Source: Nitrospirota bacterium (GTDB lineage: Bacteria; Nitrospirota; UBA9217). Taken from it: 64,000 nt of DNA. Under the pieces are notes generated by a model. That model made no database searches. It saw only the letters and a program-made list of their open reading frames with translations, and was not told where the DNA came from. This document shows, piece by piece, positions 43,017 through 54,733 of the stretch. How positions within the stretch are numbered: the first letter of the stretch is position 1; the number at the start of each line of letters is the position of its first letter. A program made the translations under genes and the position numbers. The stretch spans positions 64,001 to 128,000 of the forward strand of contig CAWBNQ010000005.1 in the NCBI GenBank assembly GCA_963790205.1, in the 5' to 3' direction.

Positions 43017-43948
43017 TACACCGAAAGTTCTTTCCTGAAAAAATCAATCGTCCTCTTCAACCCTTCATCCACCGACACCTTCGGTTTCCAGCCGAGTTTC
43101 TCGCCGGCGAGGGTGATATCTGGCTGACGCTGGGTCGGATCGTCAGAGGGCAGCGGTTTATGAACGATCTTCGACTTGGAGCCCGTCATGGCAACGATCT
43201 TTTTTGCAAAGTCCAGTATGGTATATTCGTCGGGATTCCCAAGGTTCACCGGACCCGCGAACTTTTCGCACTCCATCATCCGTACCAATCCCTCGACGAG
43301 GTCGTCGACATAGCAGAACGAGCGCGTCTGGGAACCATCGCCATAGACGGTGATCTCCTGCCCCTTGAGCGCCTGGACGATGAAATTGCTCACCACTCTG
43401 CCGTCGTCGGGGAGCATGCGCGGTCCGTAGGTGTTGAAGATCCTCACGATCCTGATATCGACCCGGTTCTGACGATGATAGTCCATCATCAAGGTCTCCG
43501 CGGCCCGTTTCCCTTCGTCGTAACAGCTCCTGATGCCGATGGGGTTCACATTTCCCCAGTAGTCTTCCTTCTGGGGATGCACGGCCGGATCACCGTATAC
43601 CTCCGACGTGGACGCCAGGAGCATCCTGGCCCTGACCCGCTTGGCGATCCCGAGCATGTTGAGCGTTCCGAGGATGTTGGTCTTGATGGTCTTGACGGGG
43701 TTATACTGATAGTGGATCGGCGAGGCAGGACATGCGAGGTGATATATCTTATCGACCTCCAGCAGGATGGGCAGGACGATGTCGTGGCGCACCAGCTCGA
43801 ATTCGGGATTTTTGAGAAGTCCGGCAACGTTCCCTTTCCTCCCGGTGAAAAAATTGTCCAGGCACAGAACTTCATGCCCTTCATCAAGCAATCGCTCGCA
43901 CAGATGCGATCCTAAAAAACCCGCTCCGCCGGTAACAAGTATTCTCAC
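43016..43948 (-). CDS. UDP-glucuronate decarboxylase (UXS-like SDR)
   Basis: [31 protein letters not shown]. Confidence 0.92.
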   Translation of the reverse strand: MRILVTGGAGFLGSHLCERLLDEGHEVLCLDNFFTGRKGNVAGLLKNPEFELVRHDIVLPILLEVDKIYHLACPASPIHYQYNPVKTIKTNILGTLNMLGIAKRVRARMLLASTSEVYGDPAVHPQKEDYWGNVNPIGIRSCYDEGKRAAETLMMDYHRQNRVDIRIVRIFNTYGPRMLPDDGRVVSNFIVQALKGQEITVYGDGSQTRSFCYVDDLVEGLVRMMECEKFAGPVNLGNPDEYTILDFAKKIVAMTGSKSKIVHKPLPSDDPTQRQPDITLAGEKLGWKPKVSVDEGLKRTIDFFRKELSV

Positions 43949-44063
43949 TTAAAATCTCCTCATAAAAAAAGATACGAAATGCAGCAGAATGCATGATGCC
44001 GGATCAAATCCTATGACATCCGTCTTCGAAATCCGATCTTGTATCAGGCATCATGAATCCCGC

Positions 44064-45398
44064 TTACCTTCTCCCGATGCCGTAGTATGTAAATCCCATC
44101 TTCTTCAGTTCCTCCTGGTTGTAGATGTTCCTGCCGTCAAAAATGACCGGATTTTTCATGATTTTTTTCATCTTCTGGAAGTCCGGCGTCCGGAACTCAT
44201 TCCATTCGGTCACAACGGCCAGTGCATCCGCACCCCGCAGCGCTTCATACCCGTCTTCCATAAGTGTTATTTTCTTCTTGAAGATTTTGCGCGCTTCATG
44301 CAGAGCCACCGGATCGTGCGCCCTGATCTCGGCACCGGCACGCAGCAGGTTTTGAATGATCACCACGGAAGGCGCCTCGCGCATGTCATCGGTTCGGGGC
44401 TTGAAGGAAAGACCCCATACTGCTACGGTTCGACCCGAGAGCGGCTTTGAAGACCTGGCATTCCTCATTGATTTTCTCGAAGCAAAGTGAGATAGAATGA
44501 GATCCGAAAGGACTTTCTTTTGCTGTTCGTTCACGGCTTCGACGGATTTCAGGACTCTGGCGTCAAAGCCGTGTTCTTTTGCCGTTTGCACCAGAGCCTT
44601 GACATCCTTCGGAAAGCAGGAGCCCCCATAGCCGACACCGGGGAACAGAAACTCAAATCCGATCCGCTTGTCATACCCCATTCCCCGACGCACACTGTCG
44701 ATATCCGCGCCCAGGCTCACGCAGATGTTGGCCATTTCGTTGATGAAGGAAATTTTGGTCGCCAGCATGGCATTGGAAGCGTACTTCGTCATTTCTGCGC
44801 TCCTGACGTCCATGACGAGCGTACGGTCTCCTTTGCGGACGAACGGTGCATAAACATCGTGCATGATCTGCATCGAGCGGGCGCTGTTTGCGCCGATCAC
44901 GATGCGATCCGGTTTCATGAAATCTTCGATTGCCGAGCCTTCCTTCAAAAACTCCGGATTGGACACCACCTCGAACTTGTGTTTGGTCTTACCGGCAACA
45001 ACTGCTTTGACCTTGTCGGCCGTACCCACAGGGACGGTACTCTTGTTGACGATAATCTTATAGCCGTTCAGGTGTCGAGCGATGTCCTCGGCCGCCCCAA
45101 GCACGTATTTGAGGTCTGCCGACCCGTTTTCTCCCGGCGGAGTACCGACGGCAATAAATATCACATTTGATTCGCGCACTGCCCGCGACATATTGGTGGT
45201 AAAGCTGAGCCGCCCATGGGCCACGTTCCGTTTGATCAGCTCTTCCAATCCGGGCTCGTAAATGGGAACGGTCCCATTATTAAGCAGCTCGATTTTTTTC
45301 TTGTCGATGTCCATGCAGATAACGTCATTGCCGCTTTCGGCAAGGCAGGTGCCGGTTACGAGACCGACGTACCCCGTGCCTATCACAGAAATTCTCAT
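44064..45398 (-). CDS. ugd: UDP-glucose 6-dehydrogenase
   Basis: GTGYVG, NPEFLKEG, GYGGSCFPKD. Confidence 0.93.
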   Translation of the reverse strand: MRISVIGTGYVGLVTGTCLAESGNDVICMDIDKKKIELLNNGTVPIYEPGLEELIKRNVAHGRLSFTTNMSRAVRESNVIFIAVGTPPGENGSADLKYVLGAAEDIARHLNGYKIIVNKSTVPVGTADKVKAVVAGKTKHKFEVVSNPEFLKEGSAIEDFMKPDRIVIGANSARSMQIMHDVYAPFVRKGDRTLVMDVRSAEMTKYASNAMLATKISFINEMANICVSLGADIDSVRRGMGYDKRIGFEFLFPGVGYGGSCFPKDVKALVQTAKEHGFDARVLKSVEAVNEQQKKVLSDLILSHFASRKSMRNARSSKPLSGRTVAVWGLSFKPRTDDMREAPSVVIIQNLLRAGAEIRAHDPVALHEARKIFKKKITLMEDGYEALRGADALAVVTEWNEFRTPDFQKMKKIMKNPVIFDGRNIYNQEELKKMGFTYYGIGRR

Positions 45399-45411
45399 AA
45401 CTCTCCTTCGT

Positions 45412-46572
45412 TCAGAACGTTCTTCCCGAGTAGTTTTTTTCTATCCACTTCTGGTAGTCGCCGCTTCTGATGTTGTTCACCCATGCGGCATTTTTCAAGA
45501 ACCAGGCAACGGTATCCTTCAGTCCCTGCTCAAAGTTGTGGTTCTGCTTCCAGCCAAGCTCTCTCTTTATCTTGTCGCAATTGATGGCATAGCGGCGGTC
45601 GTGTCCGGGGCGATCAACGACAAAGGTAATAAGGTCACGATACCGGGTGAGTCGCGGCATCCTGTCCTTGATCAGAGGATTGTCGCTGATCGGGCAGAGC
45701 CGCTCCAGTATATCACAGATGTTCTGAACGACCTCGATGTTCTGTTTTTCACACTCTCCGCCGATATTATATGTTTCACCAGTTGTTCCTTTGGAGAGTA
45801 CCGTCCAGATGGCGTCGCAATGGTCTTTGACGTAGAGCCAGTCACGGACGTTCTTTCCATCGCCGTACACCGGGATCTGTTTCCCCTCGATGGCGTTCAA
45901 GACGGCGAGCGGAATCAGTTTCTCGGGAAAGTGATAGGGACCATAATTGTTCGAGCAATTGGAGATCGTGATCGGCAACCCGTAGGTATGAAAGTATGCC
46001 TTCACCAGGTGATCCGATGCGGCCTTGGAGGCCGAGTAAGGGCTTCGCGGATCGTAGGGCGTCGTTTCGAAGAAAAACCCCGTTTTGCCGAGAGAGCCAT
46101 AGACCTCATCAGTACTGATGTGATGAAAGCGGACGTCTCTCCTTCCGGCCCAGAGTTGGCGGGCCGCTTCGAGCAGGCTGAACGTTCCGTTGATGTTCGT
46201 CTGGACAAAATCCCCGGGGCCGAAAATGGAGCGGTCCACGTGGCTCTCGGCGGCAAAGTGTACCACGATGTTGATCCGGTATTTGTCGAAACCCGCCTTG
46301 ACCTTTTCAATATCGCAGATATCGCCGTGTTCGAAAAAATAGCGCTTGCCGCCGAATTTGTCGGAAATATCGGCGAGATTCAAGAGATTACCCGCATAGG
46401 TCAGCTTGTCGTAGTTGACAATGGACCCGTTGAAGTCCTGCTTTCCCAGCACGGAACGGATGAAATTCGAGCCGATGAATCCCGCGCCGCCGGTCACCAG
46501 GATGTTCGCTGATGAAAGGAATCGGGCGTCGGGAACATCGTGCGTATGGGTTGTGCTATGACTCTTATTCAT
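45412..46572 (-). CDS. rfbB: dTDP-glucose 4,6-dehydratase
   Basis: [29 protein letters not shown]. Confidence 0.95.
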   Translation of the reverse strand: MNKSHSTTHTHDVPDARFLSSANILVTGGAGFIGSNFIRSVLGKQDFNGSIVNYDKLTYAGNLLNLADISDKFGGKRYFFEHGDICDIEKVKAGFDKYRINIVVHFAAESHVDRSIFGPGDFVQTNINGTFSLLEAARQLWAGRRDVRFHHISTDEVYGSLGKTGFFFETTPYDPRSPYSASKAASDHLVKAYFHTYGLPITISNCSNNYGPYHFPEKLIPLAVLNAIEGKQIPVYGDGKNVRDWLYVKDHCDAIWTVLSKGTTGETYNIGGECEKQNIEVVQNICDILERLCPISDNPLIKDRMPRLTRYRDLITFVVDRPGHDRRYAINCDKIKRELGWKQNHNFEQGLKDTVAWFLKNAAWVNNIRSGDYQKWIEKNYSGRTF

Positions 46573-47424
46573 GATTCAGGATGTTTTCTCCGTAAAAAAG
46601 CTTCTACCGCCTGTTCCCAGGCAGGGATGACGACATTCAAAATATCCGACAGCCTGGCATTGCTCATGGCGGAGAATTTCGGCCGCGTGGCCGGCAGGTT
46701 AAAAAGGTCCATCGATACGGGTCTGACGAATTTTTTTATCCCGAGCTTTTTGATAATGAACGTCGCCCATTCGTACCGGGAACAGAAACCGGTGTTCGTC
46801 AAATGGTACAGGCCCCGGATGCCCGCATCAAGGGACCGCAGGGTGATATCAACGACCGTCTCGGCAGCGGTCGGGACCGAGAACTCGTCGCAGGCGATCT
46901 TCAGATATTCGCTGTTCTTCGCCCATTCCCGTAAGCTTGTAGATGAAATTTTGTTTTCCCTCGCCGTACACCCAGCTCAACCTGAAGACAAGGAAATTGC
47001 CTTCTGTTTCCCCGGACAGGTCTTCGCCGGACAGCTTGCTCTTCCCGTATTCGTTCAGGGGGTTCGTCGGGTCATTCTCAGTATAGAGGCCGCTTTCCTT
47101 CGTTCCATCGAAGACATAATCGGACCCAAAATGCACGAGGACGGCCTTGTGTTTGCCGGCGGCCCGGGCCAGATTTTTCGGCCCCGCTGCATTCACCGCG
47201 AATACCTTTTCACGCTCCTGTTCGGCCTTGTCCACGAGGTTGTAGGCCGCGCAGTTGATGATGACATCCGGTTTATAAGCCGCGACGGCCTCCATGACGT
47301 TCGCGCTGTTCGTGATGTCGAGCCGTGATTCATCGGGAGCGCTGAAGTCCGTCGAACGCGCCTCGAACCTCTTGATGAACGCCCGGGCAAGCTGTCCGTT
47401 TCTGCCGGTAATAAGGTATTTCAT
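46569..47424 (-). CDS. rfbD: dTDP-4-dehydrorhamnose reductase, frameshift near 46929
   Basis: [31 protein letters not shown]-terminal GLYHLTN..RPKFS in the next frame. Confidence 0.88.
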
Positions 47425-47987
47425 GAGCGCACGGTGAAGACGAAGTTATTATCCGCGTCCTTCAGAAAAGGATGTGATTTGTCCTTGCCGGACAGCAGCG
47501 GGTCGTTGAGCGGCCACGCGATGCCGATGTCGGGATCGCTCCAGATGATGCCCCGGTCGTTCGAGGGCGAATACTCCTCGGTGCACTTGTACAGCACCTC
47601 TGCCGTGTCGCTCACGACCTGGAAGCCATGCGCGAACCCGGCCGGAACATAGAGCAGGTGCTTGTTTTCCCCTGACAGTTCCACGCCGGCCCATTTCCCG
47701 TACTGCGGGGAGCCTTTGCGGAGATCCACGGCAACGTCGAAAATATTGCCTTTTATGCACATGACGAGCTTGCCCTGAGCCATGGGGTTTTTCTGGTAAT
47801 GGAGCCCTCTCAGTACGCCCTTCGCGGATTTTGAATAGTTGTCCTGGACGAGATGCTCCCCTATTCCCGCGAGGACAAAATCGGAATGTTTGTAGAGCTC
47901 AAGAAAAAACCCGCGCCCGTCGCCGAAGACCTGAGGTTTAATAAGAATGAGACCGGGTATTTCCAGGGCTGTGAATTCAAAGGGCAT
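47421..47987 (-). CDS. rfbC: dTDP-4-dehydrorhamnose 3,5-epimerase
   Basis: [22 protein letters not shown]. Confidence 0.95.
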   Translation of the reverse strand: MPFEFTALEIPGLILIKPQVFGDGRGFFLELYKHSDFVLAGIGEHLVQDNYSKSAKGVLRGLHYQKNPMAQGKLVMCIKGNIFDVAVDLRKGSPQYGKWAGVELSGENKHLLYVPAGFAHGFQVVSDTAEVLYKCTEEYSPSNDRGIIWSDPDIGIAWPLNDPLLSGKDKSHPFLKDADNNFVFTVRS

Positions 47988-48870
47988 TCGGCACCCCTTG
48001 TTCCGCGACCATTTTAAGATAGTCACCATAGGAATTCTTTTTGTGGCTCTCGGCGGCCTTGAGCAGTTTTTCCTTGTCGATGTAGCCCAGCTTGTACGCG
48101 ATCTCCTCGATGCAGGCCATCTTAAGGCCCTGCCGTTTTTCGATCGTCGCGATGAACTCGCCGGCTTCGAGCAGGCTTTCGTGGGTGCCCGTATCGAGCC
48201 AGGCGTATCCCCGGCCCAAGAGCTCGACCCTGAGTTCTTTCTTTGCAAGATAAGCCTTGTTTACGTCGGTTATTTCAAGCTCTCCCCGTTGCGATGGTTT
48301 TATGTTCTTTGCGATGGTGATCACGGTGTTGTCGTAAAAGTAGAGGCCGGTAACCGCATACCGGGATTTCGGTTCTGCCGGTTTTTCCTCAACAGAGAGC
48401 ACGCTGCCGGACTGGTCGAATTCAACGATGCCGTATCGCTGGGGGTCCTTCACATAATATCCGAACACCGTTGCGCCGCCTGCCGATTCCACATCGTTCA
48501 CAGCCTTGTTGAGCAGTTCCGAAAGACCGTGACCGAAAAAGATATTATCTCCCAACACAAGGCATACGGAGTCTTTTCCCACAAATTTTTCGCCGATAAG
48601 AAAGGCCTCTGCAAGACCGTTCGGCTGAGCCTGCGCTTCATATGAAAAGCGCAGGCCGAGGTCCGAGCCGCCGCCGAAGATGTCCTTGAACCGCGGCAGG
48701 TCAATGGGGGTCGATATGATCAATATTTCCCTGATGCCGGCGAGCATGAGTATCGAGAGCGGGTAATAGATCATCGGTTTGTCATAAATGGGCAGCAGCT
48801 GTTTGCACACTCCCCGCGTGATGGGGTAGAGCCGCGTCCCGCTGCCGCCTGCTAAAATGATCCCTTTCAT
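47977..48870 (-). CDS. rfbA: glucose-1-phosphate thymidylyltransferase
   Basis: [28 protein letters not shown]. Confidence 0.96.
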   Translation of the reverse strand: MKGIILAGGSGTRLYPITRGVCKQLLPIYDKPMIYYPLSILMLAGIREILIISTPIDLPRFKDIFGGGSDLGLRFSYEAQAQPNGLAEAFLIGEKFVGKDSVCLVLGDNIFFGHGLSELLNKAVNDVESAGGATVFGYYVKDPQRYGIVEFDQSGSVLSVEEKPAEPKSRYAVTGLYFYDNTVITIAKNIKPSQRGELEITDVNKAYLAKKELRVELLGRGYAWLDTGTHESLLEAGEFIATIEKRQGLKMACIEEIAYKLGYIDKEKLLKAAESHKKNSYGDYLKMVAEQGVPNAL

Positions 48871-49050
48871 GTATCTCCTGGACTCCCCTCATATAGTATC
48901 TGAATTGTTGCGGCCCGGAAAGGAAAAACTGAGCATGAATTAGTACATCCTGAACAATATCAAATAATCAAAACTGGAAAAATGAACCTCCCCGCAGCAA
49001 ATGTTTTAAGGTTCGTATAGGTATCTGCAAGGTATCTGTTCTTAATTTTC

Positions 49051-49146
49051 TCCCCTCCCTAGATGGGAGGGGATCAAGGGGAGGGTGAAGTATTCGTCGT
49101 GCATCACCGTCACCCCCACCTAACCTCCCCCATCGGGGGGAGGGAT
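49051..49146. repeat. REP-like inverted pair
   Basis: TCCCCTCCC-TAGAT-GGGAGGGGA..GGGAGGGTGA facing TCACCCCCACCTAACCTCCCCCATCGGGGGGAGGGA. Confidence 0.7.
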
Positions 49147-49257
49147 CTAAGAGGTGACCCTGTACAAGCTACAGGGCATTGCAAGTTAACTAGTTGTATT
49201 CCTAAATTGTTTGAGATTTCGAGGTTCGAATTGAGAATGTTAATTGTTCTCTGCGTC

Positions 49258-50253
49258 TCAGCCGGTCGTTATTTTCTGTTTCAGCTCTTCGGGTCTTACC
49301 GTCGCGGTCCCCACGACGCCAACCACGATCCCTGCGGCGAAGTTCGAAATCCTGGCGGCATCCACCGTGCCTGCGCCGGCGGCCATCGCGAGGGTGAGCG
49401 CGCTGATCACGGTATCGCCGGCGCCGGTGACGTCGAACACCTCCTGCGCGACCGTCGGGATGTGCGTGATCCGGCCGCCCCGTTCAAAGAGGCTCATGCC
49501 GTGCTCCCCTCGCGTAATAAGCACGGCGTCGCATTTGAGCCTCCCGAGAAGCAGCGCACCGGCCCTGAGCAGGCTCTCGTCGTCCTCGATGTCGATCTTC
49601 GCGCCGATCGAAGCTTCCTTGATATTGGGCGTCAGGATGGTCACGCCCCGGTAAATGCCGAAATGGTTCACCTTGGGGTCCACCGATACGATAACGCTGT
49701 TCTTTCGCGCCAGTTTCATGATGTCCCGCACGAGGGCTTTCGTGACGACACCTTTGCAATAGTCGGAAACTACGATGGCATCGAGCCCGTCCCGCACCTG
49801 CTGTTTCACAAAGTCGAATATCCCCCGGTGCGTGTCCCGCTCGATGCCGTTCTTCGTCTCCCGGTCGAAGCGGACCACCTGCTGGCTGTGCGCGATCACA
49901 CGGGTCTTGATCGTCGTCGGCCTGTCTTTTTCGACGATAAGGCCATCGGTGCGGATGCCCTGCACGCGAAGCATATGAACCAGCTGTTTTCCGGCATCGT
50001 CATGGCCGATCACCCCGCACACGCTCACGTTGCCGCCGAGCGAGTGAATATTGTTGACCACGTTCGTGGCGGCGCCCAACAGCACGTTCTCCCTGGTCAC
50101 GCTCACGACGGGCACCGGCGCTTCCGGCGATATGCGGGACACGTTTCCCCACACGTAATGGTCGAGCATGACGTCGCCGACAACGAGCGTGCGCGTTCGG
50201 GGAAAATGGTCGATAAATTTTATAAGGCGCTTTGATTCCGATTTTGAGGTCAT
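49258..50253 (-). CDS. rfaE1: D-glycero-beta-D-manno-heptose-7-phosphate kinase
   Basis: RISPEAPVP, SDYCKG, DVTGAGDTV. Confidence 0.92.
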   Translation of the reverse strand: MTSKSESKRLIKFIDHFPRTRTLVVGDVMLDHYVWGNVSRISPEAPVPVVSVTRENVLLGAATNVVNNIHSLGGNVSVCGVIGHDDAGKQLVHMLRVQGIRTDGLIVEKDRPTTIKTRVIAHSQQVVRFDRETKNGIERDTHRGIFDFVKQQVRDGLDAIVVSDYCKGVVTKALVRDIMKLARKNSVIVSVDPKVNHFGIYRGVTILTPNIKEASIGAKIDIEDDESLLRAGALLLGRLKCDAVLITRGEHGMSLFERGGRITHIPTVAQEVFDVTGAGDTVISALTLAMAAGAGTVDAARISNFAAGIVVGVVGTATVRPEELKQKITTG

Positions 50254-51045
50254 TTTTTATCTTCTCCGGCCCGCGCGGCCACGAGCGTCGAGACGATGGA
50301 GCCGATGCTGATCGTGCTTTGCATGAGAACCGGAATTTTCCGCGCATCGTCCGTAAGCCAGATATAGATCTCTCCCTTGTTCTGGAACACTCCTTCGTAC
50401 TTGGGGTAGGTTTTAAGCTTTATCGTATTGAGCTCGCCGAACGAGGTCTTTAATTTTTCTTTTCCGAGGACATACACGTCGACCGTCCAATTTTTATCAT
50501 CATCGTGCACATTGACGGTAATCGGTTTCCCGACGATGAAATCCTGCTTCGTCCTGACATAGTAGAGGGACGAGAGAGGGTCCTGTATGTCCGCGCGGGA
50601 CGGGGTACGTGTTTTGCTGGCCGTCGGAAAGCACCGTTACGGTGCCCTCTTTATAGTGGAATTTCATTTCGCGCTTTTTTTTCCGTTTCCCGTGAGACTG
50701 GTCCAGGCTGTAGGAAAGCGGGCGCAGTTTTTCCACATCAAAGACGCTCTCAATTTTGTCCGATACGGTGTAGAATTTAGACAACAGTCTGCTGGAATGC
50801 GCTGTGGAAATGAGATGATATACAATTTCCCCGTCAGCCTTCTTTTCCTCCCTGACTTCCATGACCGCGGTGCCTGCGTGTATGATATTAGACCAACTGA
50901 TATCGTAGGTGAGTTTCTCTCCTGGTTTAAAAGGTAGATTAACGGAGGGAACAGGGTGCATCTGTTTTTGGCCGGCATCACCGGATGCCGGGAGGGCAAA
51001 CAACAATCCTAATACTATCCAAACAGCCGATAATGCTTTCAACAT
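50250..51045 (-). CDS. DUF3108-domain exported protein, frameshift near 50596
   Basis: PGEKLTYDISW..QDPLSSLYYVR..IWLTDDARKIPV; paralog of 23945-24826. Confidence 0.78.
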
Positions 51046-51249
51046 GAACCGGGCGTATCTCCGCTTAACGATTAATTTAGTGGGGGAAAAATCATCATAT
51101 ACAGTTTTTCTATAATAGGGGAAAGTCGTTCATTTGTAAAGATAATTTTTATATTGCGAGTCTCCCATTGGTCGCCCGTAATAATGTTTAACCTTGCGAC
51201 GATCGCTCCTTTATATTATTATGCACCCAGTTCCTCAAGATATCCCATT

Positions 51250-52248
51250 ATGGACCGATTCGACAACATCCTCATCATTAAACCGGGCGCAATAGGCGAC
51301 CTCCTCCAGCTGACCCCGGTCATCAGGGCACTGAAGAGCAGGTATCCTCAAGCGGACCTTTCCCTTCTTGTCGGCTCCACGGCCACCGCGGAACTTTTTA
51401 AATATAACGTCCATGTTCATGAAACGCTGGTGTTCGACAAAGCGGGAGCACACAGGTCGTTCCGGGCGCTTGTGCGGCTCCGGCGGGTTCTTCGAGGCAA
51501 TAAATATGATCTCGTCGTCAACTTTCAGCGAAGCAACCTGAGAACGTGGTTCCTGGCGAGCGCTGCTTTCCCCTGCCGCGTGCTGGTATATCACAAAGCC
51601 CGCACCAGAACTGTTCATGCCGTAGTCAACTATCTTGAGACTGTTGCTCCGCTCGGCATCGATGCCACGAAGATGAGCCTGGAGCTTACCTTCAGCGCCC
51701 GGGAACGGGCTTTTGCGGAGGAAAGCATTTCCCCTTTGGGCCGCGCCGGGAAACCGCTGATTGCCTTAAATCCCGGGGCGAGCCATCCGGTGAATCGCTG
51801 GGCAACGGACCGCTTTGCGGCGCTTTCGGATATACTGACGCAGAAGCTTGCGGCAAGAGTCATTCTTATCGGCGGGAAGGAAGATGCCCCCCTGGCAGAC
51901 GAGATAGCGTCAAAAACCGGTTCGAAGCCCCTCAACATGACCGGCAAAGCAAGCCTTCTTCAATTGGGCGCGCTTCTGGAACAATGTGATATCCTGGTAA
52001 GCGGTGATACGGGCCCGATGCATATCGCGACCGCAGTGGGTACGAGGGTCGTTGCGCTCTTCGGGGCCGCGGACCCGGCACGAACGGGTCCCGTCGGCAG
52101 CGGCCACCGGCTGATACAGGCTGCGAATGTGCCCTGCATCCCTTGCAGAAGCCGCACCTGCAACAACAGAACATATCTGGAATGCATGGAAAAAATTCCG
52201 GTCTCCCTTGTTTTCGAAACAATTCGCGACATGCTTGATAAAGGATGA
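51250..52248 (+). CDS. glycosyltransferase family 9 (LPS heptosyltransferase-like)
   Basis: GAIGDLL, NPGAS, SGDTGPMHIATA. Confidence 0.9.
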   Translation: MDRFDNILIIKPGAIGDLLQLTPVIRALKSRYPQADLSLLVGSTATAELFKYNVHVHETLVFDKAGAHRSFRALVRLRRVLRGNKYDLVVNFQRSNLRTWFLASAAFPCRVLVYHKARTRTVHAVVNYLETVAPLGIDATKMSLELTFSARERAFAEESISPLGRAGKPLIALNPGASHPVNRWATDRFAALSDILTQKLAARVILIGGKEDAPLADEIASKTGSKPLNMTGKASLLQLGALLEQCDILVSGDTGPMHIATAVGTRVVALFGAADPARTGPVGSGHRLIQAANVPCIPCRSRTCNNRTYLECMEKIPVSLVFETIRDMLDKG

Positions 52249-52484
52249 GAGGAAGTATGAAATTCGAAATGAGAAGGGTGAAATAAGCAAATCGGGATAG
52301 CATATGACTTCAAACTTCTAATTTTTACTACGAGCCTTCATTTGCTGCAGGGAGCTTCAATATTGGGGGTCCTATGATTTACATCATGGATGTTTTCAGC
52401 GATTAGGCGTAGAGTATGACCAGCAAAGATGAAAATGTCGAATTGTATTTTAGAGACAGCATAAGCAAGAAAGGAGCGATCGTT

Positions 52485-52667
52485 ATGGCGACGCCAAAAG
52501 TTGACATGGATACCTGTATCGGCTGCGGACTCTGCTCCGAGCTCTGTCCCAAGGTTTTTGAACTCAGGGACGACAAGGCATGGGTTGTCAATCCCGGCGG
52601 CTGCGACACCTGCGACTGCCAGCAGGCTGTAGACAGCTGCCCCGTCACGGCAATATCCCTGGAATAA
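52485..52667 (+). CDS. single-cluster [4Fe-4S] ferredoxin
   Basis: CIGCGLC..CP and CPVTAI; AAGGAG RBS. Confidence 0.9.
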   Translation: MATPKVDMDTCIGCGLCSELCPKVFELRDDKAWVVNPGGCDTCDCQQAVDSCPVTAISLE

Positions 52668-52820
52668 TATTCAGTCCGTTTCAGGAGGTGCGATCCTGCC
52701 CCTCCTGCGCTCTGTTTTCCCCTGATATCTTCCTGTTATCCTCTTGGTTATCTTCATCGGTGACATTTTTTCTTGACAAATGTCTGCGTTTCTATAATAT
52801 TCACTTCGTACGCTTTTTAT

Positions 52821-52909
52821 GCCGCTGTGGCGGAATTGGCAGACGCAAGAGACTTAAAATCTCTCGACGGGCAACTGTCGTACCGGTTCAATTCCGGTCA
52901 GCGGCACCA
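52821..52909 (+). tRNA. tRNA-Leu(TAA)
   Basis: GCCGCTG..CT-TAA-AA, long variable arm, TTCAATT, CAGCGGCACCA. Confidence 0.95.
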
Positions 52910-52915
52910 GAAAAT

Positions 52916-52948
52916 AAAAAAGACCGGTTCGTCTGCCGGTCTTTTTTT
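52916..52948 (+). terminator. intrinsic terminator after tRNA-Leu
   Basis: AAAAAAGACCGG..CCGGTCTTTTTT. Confidence 0.85.
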
Positions 52949-53089
52949 GTTTGCTGACGAACGGGATCGAACAAGGGGCTATGGGGAAAAGGCCTTCCTC
53001 TTTGTTAGTTTTCTTTCACTCATCACTCCGAACTCCACACTCCGAACTCATCCCGGGGGCTGGCCCCTTCGGGAAGCGGAGCGCGTGAG

Positions 53090-53107
53090 ATTCCGGTCAG
53101 GGCACAA
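53090..53107 (+). repeat. degenerate copy of the tRNA-Leu 3' end
   Basis: ATTCCGGTCAG-GGCACAA versus ATTCCGGTCAGCGGCACCA. Confidence 0.65.
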
Positions 53108-53179
53108 CATTCATGGCCCTTCAGTGGGATGACAAGAGCGTCTTTTCCTGTCCGCGCATGCTTCTTTCCCAACAAACCC

Positions 53180-53208
53180 TTGACAACAGTGCCCTAATAT
53201 CCGATAAT
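53180..53208 (+). promoter_or_regulatory. promoter of accA
   Basis: TTGACA-N17-GATAAT. Confidence 0.55.
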
Positions 53209-53309
53209 ACCCGCGCTTCTTATGATGAACGTTCAAACTCTACCGCTGTAATCCCATGGTTATAATGCCTGTTTTCTTTATTCATTGTTAAGGTAATGAG
53301 GAGTACGAT

Positions 53310-54269
53310 TTGCCGCCAGAATACCTCGAATTCGAAAAACCGATCGCCGACCTGGAAAAAAAGATAGAGGAGCTTACCCTCTTCACCTCGAGCGGCAATA
53401 TCGATCTCGAAGAAGAAATCCTCAAGCTCCACAAAAAAGCCGATCAGCTGCGCGCCGAGATTTATTCAAGGCTCACTCCCTGGCAAAAGGCCCAGATCTC
53501 GCGGCATCCGAACCGGCCCTACACCCTCGATTATATCGAAGCCATGCTGACGGACTTCACCGAGATGCACGGTGATCGGGGTTTTGCCGATGACCCGGCC
53601 ATCGTGTGCGGCATGGCCAGGCTCGACGGTATGCCGATCGTCGTGATCGGCCATCAAAAAGGAAGGACCACGAAAGAAAAGATTTCCCGCAACTTCGGCA
53701 TGCCCAACCCCGAAGGCTACCGGAAGGCCCTGCGCGCCATGCGGTTTGCCGAAAAATTCAAGAAGCCGCTCATAACCTTCATCGACACGCCGGGCGCCTA
53801 TCCGGGCATCGGCGCGGAAGAACGGGGCCAGGGCGAATCGATCGCGCGGAATTTATATGTCATGTCGGGCCTCACGGTCCCCATCGTCGCGACCGTGATC
53901 GGTGAAGGCGGAAGCGGCGGAGCGCTCGCGCTCGGCGTGGCCGATCGCGTGCTCATGCTGGAACATGCGACCTATTCGGTCATCTCTCCCGAAGGCTGCG
54001 CGGCCATCCTTTGGAACAATGGTTCGAAGGCCTATGAAGCCGCAGACCTGCTCAAGATCACCGCGCAGGATCTGTTCCAGATGAAAGTAATTGATGAAAT
54101 GATCGAAGAACCGATCGGGGGCGCGCACCGCGACCCGAGGAGGGCGGCGGAGCTGCTCAAAGAGGCGATAACCAGGAACCTGTCGGAGATAAAAGACCTG
54201 TCGCCCGCGGAGCTTGTCAGGCTGCGGTATGAAAAATTCAGAAAGCTGGGAATGTTCGACGAGATATAA
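53310..54269 (+). CDS. accA: acetyl-CoA carboxylase carboxyltransferase alpha subunit
   Basis: YLEFEKPI, NFGMPNPEGYRKA, DTPGAYPG, GEGGSGGA. Confidence 0.97.
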   Translation: MPPEYLEFEKPIADLEKKIEELTLFTSSGNIDLEEEILKLHKKADQLRAEIYSRLTPWQKAQISRHPNRPYTLDYIEAMLTDFTEMHGDRGFADDPAIVCGMARLDGMPIVVIGHQKGRTTKEKISRNFGMPNPEGYRKALRAMRFAEKFKKPLITFIDTPGAYPGIGAEERGQGESIARNLYVMSGLTVPIVATVIGEGGSGGALALGVADRVLMLEHATYSVISPEGCAAILWNNGSKAYEAADLLKITAQDLFQMKVIDEMIEEPIGGAHRDPRRAAELLKEAITRNLSEIKDLSPAELVRLRYEKFRKLGMFDEI

Positions 54270-54326
54270 AAAGCTCACCGTTGATAGCCCAGGGCTCATA
54301 GCGGCAACCAATGAACTGAGAGCTGC

Positions 54327-54683
54327 TTACTCGATGTCTTTTTTCAAGCGCTCGATGGCGATCTTCAATGCCGCCATGGCCTCCTGCAGGTTTGCAAATA
54401 CGGAGAGGTAAAGAAGCAGGCAGTACTCCTCCGCTACCGGCGCGATCAGCTCATTTCCCTCCTCGAGTGAAAAAAGCACGGCATGAACCGTTCCCATCCC
54501 GAGCCGCCCGCTGATGTCTTTGATGTGGTCGAGGTGTATCTCTTTCCATGCGCCCAGCAGCTTCAGGTCGACGGAGGAATCACCCGCCTGGGCAATCGAC
54601 TCTCCGTCCATATCGAGGAAAATAGCCGCCCGGGAGCCTCTGACCGAGGACAGAAGCTCTTCTAATATCTCATTTATGACCAA
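54327..54683 (-). CDS. roadblock/LC7-like protein
   Basis: GGAGG RBS and TTG start; ILEELLSSVRGSRAAIFLDMDGESI pattern. Confidence 0.7.
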   Translation of the reverse strand: MVINEILEELLSSVRGSRAAIFLDMDGESIAQAGDSSVDLKLLGAWKEIHLDHIKDISGRLGMGTVHAVLFSLEEGNELIAPVAEEYCLLLYLSVFANLQEAMAALKIAIERLKKDIE

Positions 54684-54733
54684 TGAGTCCTCCGCAATAA
54701 AACGGGGCGTGCTCCGGAGGAGGAATGCCCGCT

